A stretch of 64,000 nt of DNA from Bacillota bacterium (lineage in GTDB: Bacteria > Bacillota > Dehalobacteriia > UBA4068): contig JAUNBC010000002.1 of NCBI GenBank assembly GCA_030527285.1, positions 32,466 to 96,465 of the forward strand, written 5' to 3'. Shown here piece by piece: positions 46,951-55,202 of this stretch. The translations under genes and the position numbers were made by a program. Positions within the stretch are counted from its first letter, which is position 1. The number at the start of each line of letters is the position of its first letter. The notes under the pieces are model-generated. The model saw only the letters and a program-made list of their open reading frames with translations. It was not told where the DNA came from and did not search any database.

Positions 46951-47712
46951 TTATTCCAGCGCATCAGCCGCCGCGCCTTGCTCGGGCGCATTGCGCTTAT
47001 CCTCGAGCAATAGCCGCTTGATCTGCTGACGCAGGCGGCGCTGTTCGTCCTCGTCCGCCGCGACCTTGAGCTCGCCGATGATACGGCCGGGGCGACTGCT
47101 CATCAGATAAATGCGGTCGGACAGACGCAGCGCCTCGTCGATATCATGGGTGACCAGCAGCACGCCGGGATCAAACTGCGCCAGCAGGCCGCGCAGCCAG
47201 TCCTGCAATTCTTCCTTGGTAAGCGCGTCCAGCTTGCCGAACGGCTCGTCGAGCAGCCATATATCGCCGCCGTCGGTCACTGTGCGCAGCAGCGCCGCGC
47301 GCTGCCGCATCCCGCCTGATAATTGCGCGGGCAGGCTGCCGCCGAAGCCCTCGAGGCCAAACAGCGGCAAATACCGCTCGGCTTGCCGCCGCGCCGCCGC
47401 AAGCTGCTGCGCGGGCGCGCCGCGCAATTCCAGCGGCAGCACGGCGTTGTCCAGCACGTCGCGCCATGGCAGCAGCATATCGTCTTGCATCAGCAGGCTG
47501 ATACGCCCCGCGCGCTCAATACTGCCGCTATCCGGCGCATACATGGCCGCCAGCAGCGCCAGCAGCGTGCTTTTGCCGCAGCCCGAGGGGCCGAGCAGCG
47601 AAACGAATTCGCCGCCGCGCACGCTGACGCTGACCTGATCGACGACCAGGATCGGCTGACCGGCCAGGCGAAAGCTCTTGCTGACATTATCGCTGCGAAT
47701 GAATGTCGCCAT
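46951..47712 (-). CDS. ABC transporter ATP-binding protein (NitT/TauT family; ThiZ-like)
   Basis: GPSGCGKST Walker A, LSGGMRQRAAL signature and WLLDEPFGKLD Walker B. Second ATG chosen for SD spacing. Confidence 0.85.
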   Translation of the reverse strand: MATFIRSDNVSKSFRLAGQPILVVDQVSVSVRGGEFVSLLGPSGCGKSTLLALLAAMYAPDSGSIERAGRISLLMQDDMLLPWRDVLDNAVLPLELRGAPAQQLAAARRQAERYLPLFGLEGFGGSLPAQLSGGMRQRAALLRTVTDGGDIWLLDEPFGKLDALTKEELQDWLRGLLAQFDPGVLLVTHDIDEALRLSDRIYLMSSRPGRIIGELKVAADEDEQRRLRQQIKRLLLEDKRNAPEQGAAADALE

Positions 47713-47720
47713 CATTCTCC

Positions 47721-48782
47721 TTACTGCTGCGGCAAATAATCATTGCTGAAGGCTGCCGCCGCGTCAAATTCCTCAGCCAACAGGCCGCGCTGATACAACC
47801 AGTCGGCAAAGCCCTGCCAGACCTCGATATCCTGCCAACCCCAGTACGGCGCGTCGCCCTGATACTGTCCGGCCAGCCATTGCTGACCGGCCGCGACCAG
47901 CTCGGCGTCCAGCCCCGCCTCGGCCTGTATCAGCAGCGCCGCCGCCGCTTGCGGCTCGGCGTCGGCATACTGATAGCCGCGGCTCAGCGCGCTCATAAAG
48001 CGTCCGGCCAGCTCGCCATTAGCCGCCAGCCAGTCTTCCTCGGCGACGATCACCGGCGTATAATAATCGAATTCGGGCGCTATATCGCGCAGATAGATGA
48101 CGTCCAGCTCCACGCCTCGCAGCTCGGCTTCCACGCCGGTCACTCCGTAGAATATCCATGAGAAATCGACGGTGGTCTCGGTGGCGGTGAAAAAGTCCGC
48201 CGAGCCGATATTGATGATCTCTACCGGCTCCGCCATACCCTGCTGCTCGACCAGATAATTGAGCAGCTCCTCCTCGACCTCGCCGCCCCAGCCGCCGTAA
48301 ATATTGCCGGAAAAATCGGCGACGCTGTCTATGCTCTTGCCGGCGGGCGCGGCAAAGCAGGAGGTATTATGCTGTATCACCGCCGCCAGCGACAGCACCG
48401 GCAAACCGGCGGCGCGGGCAAAGGTGACCTCCTCCTGATAGGATACGCCGAATTCGGCCTGTCCGGCGGCCACTATTTGCAGCGCATAATTATCGCCGGG
48501 CTGCACGATGCTCACGTCCAGCCCCTGCTCGGCGAAGTAGCCGAGCGCCTGCGCCGCGTAAATGCCGCTGTGGTTGATATTCGGCGTCCAATCCAGCACC
48601 ACGGTCAGCTCCGTCAGCTGCTCGCTGTCAAAGGACGGCGTGAGAAGGATGCTGGTCGAGCCGTCCGCGCCGCCGATAATGCCGGCGTCCGGCTCGCGCC
48701 GGCAGCCGCCGAGCAGCGCCGTCGCCAATACCAGCGTCAACAGCAGCGGCAAGGCGCGCCGCCAAAATGCTTTATCACTCAT
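47721..48782 (-). CDS. ABC substrate-binding lipoprotein, NMT1/THI5-like (ThiY-like; HMP/thiamine-precursor binding predicted)
   Basis: 353 aa. Lipobox LLGGC and NMT1/THI5-type periplasmic binding fold pattern. The operon is preceded by a TPP riboswitch. Confidence 0.75.
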   Translation of the reverse strand: MSDKAFWRRALPLLLTLVLATALLGGCRREPDAGIIGGADGSTSILLTPSFDSEQLTELTVVLDWTPNINHSGIYAAQALGYFAEQGLDVSIVQPGDNYALQIVAAGQAEFGVSYQEEVTFARAAGLPVLSLAAVIQHNTSCFAAPAGKSIDSVADFSGNIYGGWGGEVEEELLNYLVEQQGMAEPVEIINIGSADFFTATETTVDFSWIFYGVTGVEAELRGVELDVIYLRDIAPEFDYYTPVIVAEEDWLAANGELAGRFMSALSRGYQYADAEPQAAAALLIQAEAGLDAELVAAGQQWLAGQYQGDAPYWGWQDIEVWQGFADWLYQRGLLAEEFDAAAAFSNDYLPQQ

Positions 48783-48804
48783 CGTTTTATGCCTCGCTTT
48801 CCAG

Positions 48805-49602
48805 TTATTGATCCCATTTTTCCGCTTGCGCGGCTTTTTGCCAGCCTAACAGATAATGCTCCGCCAAACGCACCAACGCGAACAACAGCGCGCTCCAGAC
48901 GATGATCGCCACGATCGCCGCGAACACCAGCGGCAGGTCAAAGGAGCGCTGCGCCCGCGTCAGCAGCAGACCCAGACCGGCCTGCGCGCCCAGCCATTCG
49001 CCGATCACCGCGCCCATCACGCTGTACGTCGCAGCCACGCGCAATCCGGAAAAGAAATACGGCAGCGCATAGGGCAGACGCACCAGACGGAACAGCCGCG
49101 CCTTATCCGCGCTCATCAGCCGGTAATAAGCCAGCGTTTCACCGCCCGCCGCCGCCAGTCCGGCCATGACGTTGATCGTCACCGGGAAAAAACAGATCAG
49201 TATCACCACCAGCACCTTGGGCAGCATACCGTAGCCGAACCAGATCAAGAACAGCGGCGCCAGCACGATTATCGGTACCATCTGCGAGCCGAGCAGCAGG
49301 GGGTAGCTGATCTTATGCAGCAGCGGCGAGCTGCTGATCAGCGCGGCGATCGCCACCGACAGCAACACCGACAGCCCCAGCCCCAGCGCCGCCTCGGCCA
49401 GCGTATACAGACTATGCTGCCAGAGCAGGCCGGCATTCTCCGCCAGCGCGCGCGCTACCGCCAGCGGCGTGGGCAGTATATACTCGGCGCGCACCAGACA
49501 GGCGGCGGCCAGCTGCCATAGCAGCACAAAGACCGCCACACCCAGTATCGGGTACAGCAGCTCCGGCCAGCCGGTTGAGATTTTGCTCCGCTTCTCGCTC
49601 AT
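48805..49602 (-). CDS. ABC transporter permease (ThiX-like)
   Basis: 265 aa, 6 TM, BPD-transporter EAA-like loop. First gene after the TPP riboswitch. Confidence 0.8.
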   Translation of the reverse strand: MSEKRSKISTGWPELLYPILGVAVFVLLWQLAAACLVRAEYILPTPLAVARALAENAGLLWQHSLYTLAEAALGLGLSVLLSVAIAALISSSPLLHKISYPLLLGSQMVPIIVLAPLFLIWFGYGMLPKVLVVILICFFPVTINVMAGLAAAGGETLAYYRLMSADKARLFRLVRLPYALPYFFSGLRVAATYSVMGAVIGEWLGAQAGLGLLLTRAQRSFDLPLVFAAIVAIIVWSALLFALVRLAEHYLLGWQKAAQAEKWDQ

Positions 49603-49628
49603 ATGCTCCGATCACGCTGCTGGCCGGC

Positions 49629-49745
49629 AAAAAAAATCGCCGCCCGAGGCAACGATACGCTTTCCCTACGCCGGCATTATCCGGATCAGGTCAAGGGTCG
49701 AGACCTCCGTCTCCTCTCAGCCGCAAAGCAGCTCCCCAAACTGTG
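49629..49745 (-). promoter_or_regulatory. TPP (THI-box) riboswitch with intrinsic-terminator expression platform
   Basis: Minus-strand GGGGAGC...GGCTGAGAGG...GACCCTTGACCTGATCCGGATAATGCCGGCGTAGGGAAA matches the conserved THI-box core. It is followed by hairpin AUCGUUGCC-UCG-GGCGGCGAU plus U8 (49629-49656). Confidence 0.88.
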
Positions 49746-49758
49746 AAATTATGCGCTT

Positions 49759-49787
49759 ATTATATACCCGCGCCGCGCCGCTGTCAA
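49759..49787 (-). promoter_or_regulatory. Consensus sigma-A promoter driving the TPP riboswitch operon (-35 TTGACA, 17 nt, -10 TATAAT)
   Basis: Minus-strand TTGACAgcggcgcggcgcgggtaTATAAT. Confidence 0.7.
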
Positions 49788-49859
49788 GCGCCAGCGCGTG
49801 CATAAACGGCGCGATGCGAAAAGGCGTAGAATTGCGCCGCCAAGAACGCCGGAAAAACC

Positions 49860-49909
49860 TTGACAATCAGTTGGTTAAGTATTATAATTCATACAAATCA
49901 TACTTAACC
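49860..49909 (+). promoter_or_regulatory. Consensus sigma-A promoter (-35 TTGACA 49860-65, 17 nt, -10 TATAAT 49883-88) bracketed by a perfect 10-bp inverted repeat
   Basis: TTGACAatcagttggttaagtatTATAAT. IR arms GGTTAAGTAT (49873-82) and ATACTTAACC (49900-09) flank the -10 and the predicted start site. Confidence 0.7.
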
Positions 49910-49930
49910 CAGCCGAAGGGAGTTGTAAAT

Positions 49931-50155
49931 ATGTCGCCGCACAGCGGTAAATACGCATGGACGGTCAAGGTAGGGGAAAAGGGGCAATTCGTCATTCCCA
50001 AGGAGGCGCGCGAGATCTTCAACATTCAGCCCGGGGATACGCTGATCGTGCTCGCCGATATAAACCGCGGCATCGCCATCCCGCCCAAAAATCTGCTCAC
50101 TAACGTCGCCAAGATCGTTTTTTCCGACGCCAAGGCAGCCGAGGAGGAAGAATAA
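49931..50155 (+). CDS. AbrB/SpoVT-domain DNA-binding protein (74 aa)
   Basis: WTVKVGEKGQFVIPKEAREIFNIQPGDTLIVL is a swapped-hairpin AbrB-type motif. GAAGGGAG SD. TAATG overlap with the downstream ABC ATPase. The track ORF (from 49469) is over-extended. Confidence 0.8.
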   Translation: MSPHSGKYAWTVKVGEKGQFVIPKEAREIFNIQPGDTLIVLADINRGIAIPPKNLLTNVAKIVFSDAKAAEEEE

Positions 50156-50997
50156 TGACCGTACTATCCGTTCGTCATCTCAACAAGACCTATCCCGCCT
50201 TTAAGCTGGAAGACGTTTCCTTCACGCTGGAGCCGGGCAAGATCACCGGCTTCATCGGCAGGAACGGCGCCGGTAAATCCACCACGCTCAATTCGCTGTT
50301 CAACTTCGTTCATCCGGACAGCGGCGAGATCAGCTTTTTCGGCATGGACTTCGCCGGTCATGAGTTAGAGATCAAGCAGCGCATCGGCTTCGTTTCCAGC
50401 GGCGTCAATTATTACGCCAACAAAAAGCTCAAAACCATCTCCCGCGTGACCAGCTCCTTCTACAATAACTGGGATCAGGCGGCCTATGAGAAGTATCTGG
50501 CGATGTTCCATTTGGACGAAAACAAAACGCCGGCGCAGCTTTCCGCCGGCATGAAGGTCAAATTCGCCCTGGCGCTGGCGCTTTCGCATAACGCCGACCT
50601 GCTGATACTCGACGAGCCGACCAGCGGCCTCGACCCGGTATCACGCGAGGATCTGCTGGAGGTGTTCATGGATCTGTGCGCGCAGGGCAAGACGATACTC
50701 TTTTCCACGCATATCACCTCCGATCTCGATAAATGCGCCGACAATATCATCTACATCAAAAACGGCCGTCTGATCGCCGATTGCAGCGTCAGCGACTTTG
50801 AGCAAAGCTACCGTATCGCTTCCTTTGACAGCGCCGAGGCGATGCGGGAGTATCAGGGCATCAGCCGCGGCCAGCGCCGCACCAGAAAGGGCTGCACCGC
50901 TCTGATCAGCGCCGCGGACGCGCAAACGCCGGGGCTAAAGTTGTCGCCCGCCGATCTGGAGTCGATCATGATCCACATCGAAAAGGAGGCGGAATAA
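50155..50997 (+). CDS. ABC transporter ATP-binding protein (ABC-2 type) with a ~60-aa C-terminal extension
   Basis: GRNGAGKST Walker A, LSAGMKVKFALA signature and LLILDEPTSGLD Walker B. Confidence 0.88.
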   Translation: MTVLSVRHLNKTYPAFKLEDVSFTLEPGKITGFIGRNGAGKSTTLNSLFNFVHPDSGEISFFGMDFAGHELEIKQRIGFVSSGVNYYANKKLKTISRVTSSFYNNWDQAAYEKYLAMFHLDENKTPAQLSAGMKVKFALALALSHNADLLILDEPTSGLDPVSREDLLEVFMDLCAQGKTILFSTHITSDLDKCADNIIYIKNGRLIADCSVSDFEQSYRIASFDSAEAMREYQGISRGQRRTRKGCTALISAADAQTPGLKLSPADLESIMIHIEKEAE

Positions 50998-51648
50998 ATG
51001 ACCAGGCTGCTGAAAAAGGAATTCGCTCTGGCTATGCACCCGATCACGCCGGTGATGCTGCTGCTGGCCGCGATGGTCGTTATCCCCAATTACCCGTACG
51101 TGGTGATATTCTTCTATATTTCGATGGCGGTATTCTTCACCTGCCTGCTGGGGCGCGAGAATAACGATATAGTCTATTCGCTGAATCTGCCGGTGAGCAA
51201 AAGCGATATCGTCAAGGCGCGCTTTGGCTTTACCGTGATCGTGGAGCTGCTGCAATTAGCGCTGATGATACCGTTCGCCCTGCTGAACCGGCAGCTGATC
51301 CCCGACGGCAATCAGGCAGGCATGGACGCGAATATCGCGCTGTTCGGCTTGGGCCTTATGATATACGGCCTGTTCAATCTCATATTCTTCGTCAGCTATT
51401 ACCGCAATGTTGACAAGGTCGGCGTCGCCTTCATCAAGACCAGCGTGCTGATCTTTATCGTGGCCGGACTGGACGTTTTCTCCACCTACGCCATCCCCTT
51501 CGTCCGCGATTGTCTTGACACGCCCGATCCCGAGTTTTTATCCGCCAAGCTGCTGTTCCTCGCCGCCGGTATAATTGTATTTATCGCCCTGACGGCATTG
51601 AGCCGCCGCATCAGTATCAGAAGCTTTGAGCGGCTGGATCTGCATTGA
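50998..51648 (+). CDS. ABC-2 family transporter permease
   Basis: 216 aa, 6 TM. AAAGGAGG SD. Starts 1 nt after the ATPase stop. Confidence 0.8.
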   Translation: MTRLLKKEFALAMHPITPVMLLLAAMVVIPNYPYVVIFFYISMAVFFTCLLGRENNDIVYSLNLPVSKSDIVKARFGFTVIVELLQLALMIPFALLNRQLIPDGNQAGMDANIALFGLGLMIYGLFNLIFFVSYYRNVDKVGVAFIKTSVLIFIVAGLDVFSTYAIPFVRDCLDTPDPEFLSAKLLFLAAGIIVFIALTALSRRISIRSFERLDLH

Positions 51649-51673
51649 GCCGCGGCGAAGCCTGACTGTATAC

Positions 51674-51703
51674 AAAAAGACCAGCCTTTTGGCTGGTCTT
51701 TTG
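51674..51703. terminator. Bidirectional rho-independent terminator (ABC-2 operon on plus, tRNA operon on minus)
   Basis: AGACCAGCC-TTTT-GGCTGGTCT perfect stem, flanked by AAAAA and TTTTG. Confidence 0.88.
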
Positions 51704-51705
51704 TG

Positions 51706-51780
51706 TGGAGCGGGCAAAGGGATTCGGACCCTCGACTTCCACCTTGGCAAGGTGGCACTCTACCACTGAGTTATGCCCGC
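51706..51780 (-). tRNA. tRNA-Gly (anticodon GCC), CCA encoded; T-loop reads TCCGAAT
   Basis: Reverse complement GCGGGCATAACTCAGTGGTAGAGTGCCACCTTGCCAAGGTGGAAGTCGAGGGTCCGAATCCCTTTGCCCGCTCCA folds as a cloverleaf. Confidence 0.9.
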
Positions 51781-51781
51781 A

Positions 51782-51857
<76 letters not shown>

Positions 51858-51860
51858 ATT

Positions 51861-51937
51861 TGGCGACGCAGATGGGACTCGAACCCACGACATCCAGCGT
51901 GACAGGCTGGCACTCTAACCGGCTGAGCTACTGCGCC
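51861..51937 (-). tRNA. tRNA-Asp (anticodon GTC), CCA encoded
   Basis: Reverse complement GGCGCAGTAGCTCAGCCGGTTAGAGTGCCAGCCTGTCACGCTGGATGTCGTGGGTTCGAGTCCCATCTGCGTCGCCA. Confidence 0.93.
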
Positions 51938-51940
51938 ATA

Positions 51941-52016
<76 letters not shown>

Positions 52017-52092
52017 ATTTCAGCAAGGACGGCCGGGAACTGAGCCACCGCAACTAAGGACTGAAACAACCATTGATTTCAACAGCTTTTTC

Positions 52093-52121
52093 ATTATAGC
52101 CTAAGCGGAAAAATCCGTCAA
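52093..52121 (-). promoter_or_regulatory. Sigma-A-type promoter for the tRNA operon (-35 TTGACG, 17 nt, -10 TATAAT)
   Basis: Minus-strand TTGACGgatttttccgcttaggcTATAAT. The -35 overlaps the stop codon of the upstream flavoprotein gene. Confidence 0.65.
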
Positions 52122-53377
52122 GATGTTTTTGAAAAAAATTTCGCCGCCGCCTGACCGGCCACAAAACCGCTCGACCATGCCGCTTGCAGATTATAGCCGC
52201 CGGTCATACCGTCGATATCCAGGACTTCTCCGGCAAAGTATAAGCCCTCCGTCAGCTTGGAGCGCATCGTCTGCGGCTCGATCTCGGCCAATTTCACGCC
52301 GCCGGCGGTGACGATGGCCTCGTCAATCGGGCGCGCGCCCTTGACCGTCAACGGCAGCGCCTTCAGCGTTTGCAGCAGCCGTCCGCGCTCGGCGCGGCTG
52401 ATCTGATTGGCCGGCTTATGCGCGTCCACGCCCGCTAACTGCGGCAACAGCTTCACCAGAGCCAGCGGCAGCAGTTCGTCCAAAGCATTGACCAGATGCC
52501 GGCGCGAGAACGCGTCCAGATCGCGCTGCAAACGCCGCTCCAACTGCTCAACGCTGAGCGCCGGTTTGAGGTCGATGCGTAAGCCAAGCCCCGCTCCCTG
52601 CCCGGACGCGCCGGTGACCAGACGCGACAGCGACAGCACGATCGGCCCCGATACGCCGAAATGGGTGAACAGCATCTCGCCGAATTCGCGCCCCAGCAAG
52701 CGCTCGCCGTCATAGACGCTCAATTCGACATTGCGCAGCGACAGCCCGCTCAACTGCGCCGGCCATGTCTCTACCGTCTCCAAGGGCACCAGCGACGGAC
52801 GCGGGCGGACGATGCTGTGTCCGGCCTCGCGCGCCAAGTCATAACCGTCGCCGCTGGAACCGGTGGCGGGATAAGTCATACCGCCGGTGGCGACGATCAG
52901 CGCCGCCGCCGGAAACGCGCGCCCCTCCGCGTCGATTACGCCGCGAACGGCGCCCTCTTGCAGCGACAGATGACGAATACGCCGCCCGTATAAAACGCGC
53001 ACGCCCGCTATCTGTAATTGCCGCTGCAATACCGCCGCCACGTCCGCCGCCCGATCCGATTTCGGGAACACGCGCCCGCCGCGCTCCGTTTTCAGCGGCA
53101 AACCGGCCTGGGTGAAAAAGTCCAGCGTATCGGCGACAGAAAAACGGCTCAACGCCCCGTAGAGAAAGCTGCCGTTAGCGCCGAGATTGGCGATGATCTG
53201 CTCGATGGCGCTGTTGTTCGTGATATTACAGCGCCCCTTGCCGGTAATAGCCAGCTTGCGTCCCAGCCGTTGATTGCGCTCTAACAGCGTCACCGGCGCG
53301 CCGCCGGCGGCTGCCGTCAGCGCCGCCATGATGCCGGCCGGCCCGCCGCCGATCACCAGTATTTGCCGCTCGCTCAA
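52118..53377 (-). CDS. NAD(P)/FAD-dependent oxidoreductase, HI0933/BaiN-like family
   Basis: 419 aa. VIGGGPAGIMAA dinucleotide motif and HI0933-like C-terminus (FAGEVLDIDGMTGGYNLQAAWSSG). TTG start overlapping the cobO stop (TTGA). Confidence 0.8.
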   Translation of the reverse strand: MSERQILVIGGGPAGIMAALTAAAGGAPVTLLERNQRLGRKLAITGKGRCNITNNSAIEQIIANLGANGSFLYGALSRFSVADTLDFFTQAGLPLKTERGGRVFPKSDRAADVAAVLQRQLQIAGVRVLYGRRIRHLSLQEGAVRGVIDAEGRAFPAAALIVATGGMTYPATGSSGDGYDLAREAGHSIVRPRPSLVPLETVETWPAQLSGLSLRNVELSVYDGERLLGREFGEMLFTHFGVSGPIVLSLSRLVTGASGQGAGLGLRIDLKPALSVEQLERRLQRDLDAFSRRHLVNALDELLPLALVKLLPQLAGVDAHKPANQISRAERGRLLQTLKALPLTVKGARPIDEAIVTAGGVKLAEIEPQTMRSKLTEGLYFAGEVLDIDGMTGGYNLQAAWSSGFVAGQAAAKFFSKTS

Positions 53378-53895
53378 AAGTCGATACCCGCTCTCGCCTC
53401 CATACCCTGTTGATACGGATGCTTGATCTCCTGCATCTCCGTGACCAGATCGGCCATTTCGATCAAAGCCGGCGGGGCGTTGCGTCCGGTGACCACGACC
53501 TCCAAATTATGCGGACGGACGCGCAGCAGCGACAGCATTTCTTCCTCGGCCACCAGCTCAAAGTAAACGGCGTTGCACAGCTCGTCCAAAATCAGCAGAT
53601 CGACGGACTCGTCCATATAGGTCTTGCGCGCTTGCAGCATCGCCCGCTCGGCCGCCACATAATGGCTGTCGTCCAGCTCCGCGCCCTTGCGCACAAAGCC
53701 ATGCGCGCCGAAGCTGTGTACCGTGACCTTGTCCAGCTTCTTGCAGGCTTCGATCTCGCTGCTGTCGCCGCGCTTCATAAACTGGATGATCACCGTATTC
53801 AGTCCCGCGCCGGAGGCGCGCAGCGCCAAGCCGAAAGCCGCCGTGGTCTTGCCCTTGCCGTTACCGGTATACACCTGCAATACGCCCTGTTTCAT
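53374..53895 (-). CDS. cobO: Cob(I)yrinic acid a,c-diamide adenosyltransferase (CobO/BtuR type)
   Basis: 173 aa. VYTGNGKGKTTAAFGLALRA P-loop and ILDE motif. Confidence 0.88.
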   Translation of the reverse strand: MKQGVLQVYTGNGKGKTTAAFGLALRASGAGLNTVIIQFMKRGDSSEIEACKKLDKVTVHSFGAHGFVRKGAELDDSHYVAAERAMLQARKTYMDESVDLLILDELCNAVYFELVAEEEMLSLLRVRPHNLEVVVTGRNAPPALIEMADLVTEMQEIKHPYQQGMEARAGIDF

Positions 53896-53904
53896 CTTTG
53901 CCTC

Positions 53905-54648
53905 CTATAATGACTTTAGTCTTTTGATCTCCGCCGCGCTCAATTCGCGATAAGCGCCGAGCGGTACGTCCTTGATATCAAGAAAGGCCAGCTTGGCGCG
54001 TTTGAGCCGCAATACCGGACAACCTACCGCATCCAGCATCCGCCGCACCTGACGATTGCGCCCCTCATGGATGGTGAGCTCCAGCATCACCTTGTCGTCG
54101 CGCCGCTTCATCACCTGCACCTTGGCCGGCGCGGTCAGGCCGTCGCTGAGCATCACTCCCTCGCGCAGCCGCCGTAAGGCCGCCCCATCGGGACAGGCGG
54201 CGACCTCGGCGATATACGTCTTGTCCACCTGCTGCGAGGGATGCAGCAGCTTATGCGTCAATTCGCCGTCATTGGTCAGCAGCAGCAGCCCGGCGGTATC
54301 GTAGTCGAGCCGCCCCACCGGATAGACGCGCTCCTCCACGCCATGCAGCAGATCCAGCACCGTGCGGCGGCCGCGCTGATCATGCGCCGAGCAAATATAG
54401 CCGCATGGCTTGTTAAGCAGGATATAGCGCAGCCGCGGCGCTTTTTTGCCCAGCAATACGCCGTCCACCGCCACGCGGTCGCGCTCCCCGTCTAACTTAT
54501 AGCCCATGGTATCGACGACGCGGCCATTGACCTTGACCCGACCCTCGGCGATCAGCTTTTCCGCGGCGCGGCGCGAAGCCACGCCCTGCGCGGCCAGGTA
54601 TTTTTGCAAACGCACTCCGTCTTGCGGCCGTCCCTGTTTATCATCCAT
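53905..54648 (-). CDS. rluB: Pseudouridine synthase, RsuA/RluB family (S4 domain + catalytic GRLD)
   Basis: 247 aa. RLQKYLAAQGVASRRAAEKLI S4 domain and VGRLDYDTAGLLLLTNDG catalytic motif. Confidence 0.88.
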   Translation of the reverse strand: MDDKQGRPQDGVRLQKYLAAQGVASRRAAEKLIAEGRVKVNGRVVDTMGYKLDGERDRVAVDGVLLGKKAPRLRYILLNKPCGYICSAHDQRGRRTVLDLLHGVEERVYPVGRLDYDTAGLLLLTNDGELTHKLLHPSQQVDKTYIAEVAACPDGAALRRLREGVMLSDGLTAPAKVQVMKRRDDKVMLELTIHEGRNRQVRRMLDAVGCPVLRLKRAKLAFLDIKDVPLGAYRELSAAEIKRLKSL

Positions 54649-54671
54649 GCTTCGATTATAGCATAAGCGGC

Positions 54672-55202
54672 TCAGCCAGTAAACATAATTCGCGCCACGA
54701 TATAGGCGGCGATGAAGCTGACCAGGTCGGCGGACAGTCCCACCGCCAGCGCGCGGCGATGATCGTTTATCCCCACCGCGCCGAAATAAACGGCCAGCAC
54801 ATAGAAGGTCGTCTCGGTGCTGCCCTGCATGATCGAGGCCATATAGCCGATGAAGCTATCCGGACCGTAGGTTTGCAGCAGCTCGGCGGTATAAGCCAAA
54901 GCGCCGCTGCCGGACAGGGGCCGCAATATCGCCAGCGGCAGTATTTGCGGCGGTACGCCCGCGCGCTCGGTAAGCGGCGCGCACAGCGCGGCGCCTGCCT
55001 CCGCCGCGCCGGAGCCGGTGAACACGCCGATCGCCACCAGCATCGTCAGTAAATAGGGGAAAATATCACGGCAGGTCCTGATTCCCTGCCACACGCCCTC
55101 GGCGAACAGCTCGTATACCGGCAGACCGCGCAGCAGGCCGTATAACGGCACGCCCAGCAACAGCAGCGGCACGGCATAGGCGGACAGCGTTTGCAGCGCC
55201 AT
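54672..55202 (-). CDS. spmB: Spore maturation protein B
   Basis: 176 aa from MALQTLSAY (TGATG-type overlap with the spmA stop). Nucleoside-transporter/FeoB-like membrane fold. dacB-spmA-spmB order. Confidence 0.82.
   Translation of the reverse strand: MALQTLSAYAVPLLLLGVPLYGLLRGLPVYELFAEGVWQGIRTCRDIFPYLLTMLVAIGVFTGSGAAEAGAALCAPLTERAGVPPQILPLAILRPLSGSGALAYTAELLQTYGPDSFIGYMASIMQGSTETTFYVLAVYFGAVGINDHRRALAVGLSADLVSFIAAYIVARIMFTG

Noticed and set aside
49931-50155. AbrB/MazE-fold 74-aa protein as the antitoxin of a toxin-antitoxin pair.
   Set aside because: The overlapping downstream gene is a complete ABC ATPase, not a toxin. No PemK/MazF/Doc-like ORF is nearby.
52017-52092. tRNA-like fragment (GCGGTGGCTCAGTTCCCGG...) in the leader of the tRNA operon, considered as a fifth tRNA or pseudo-tRNA.
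   Set aside because: I could not fold it into a cloverleaf. There is no anticodon arm or T-arm and no matching 3' acceptor strand.
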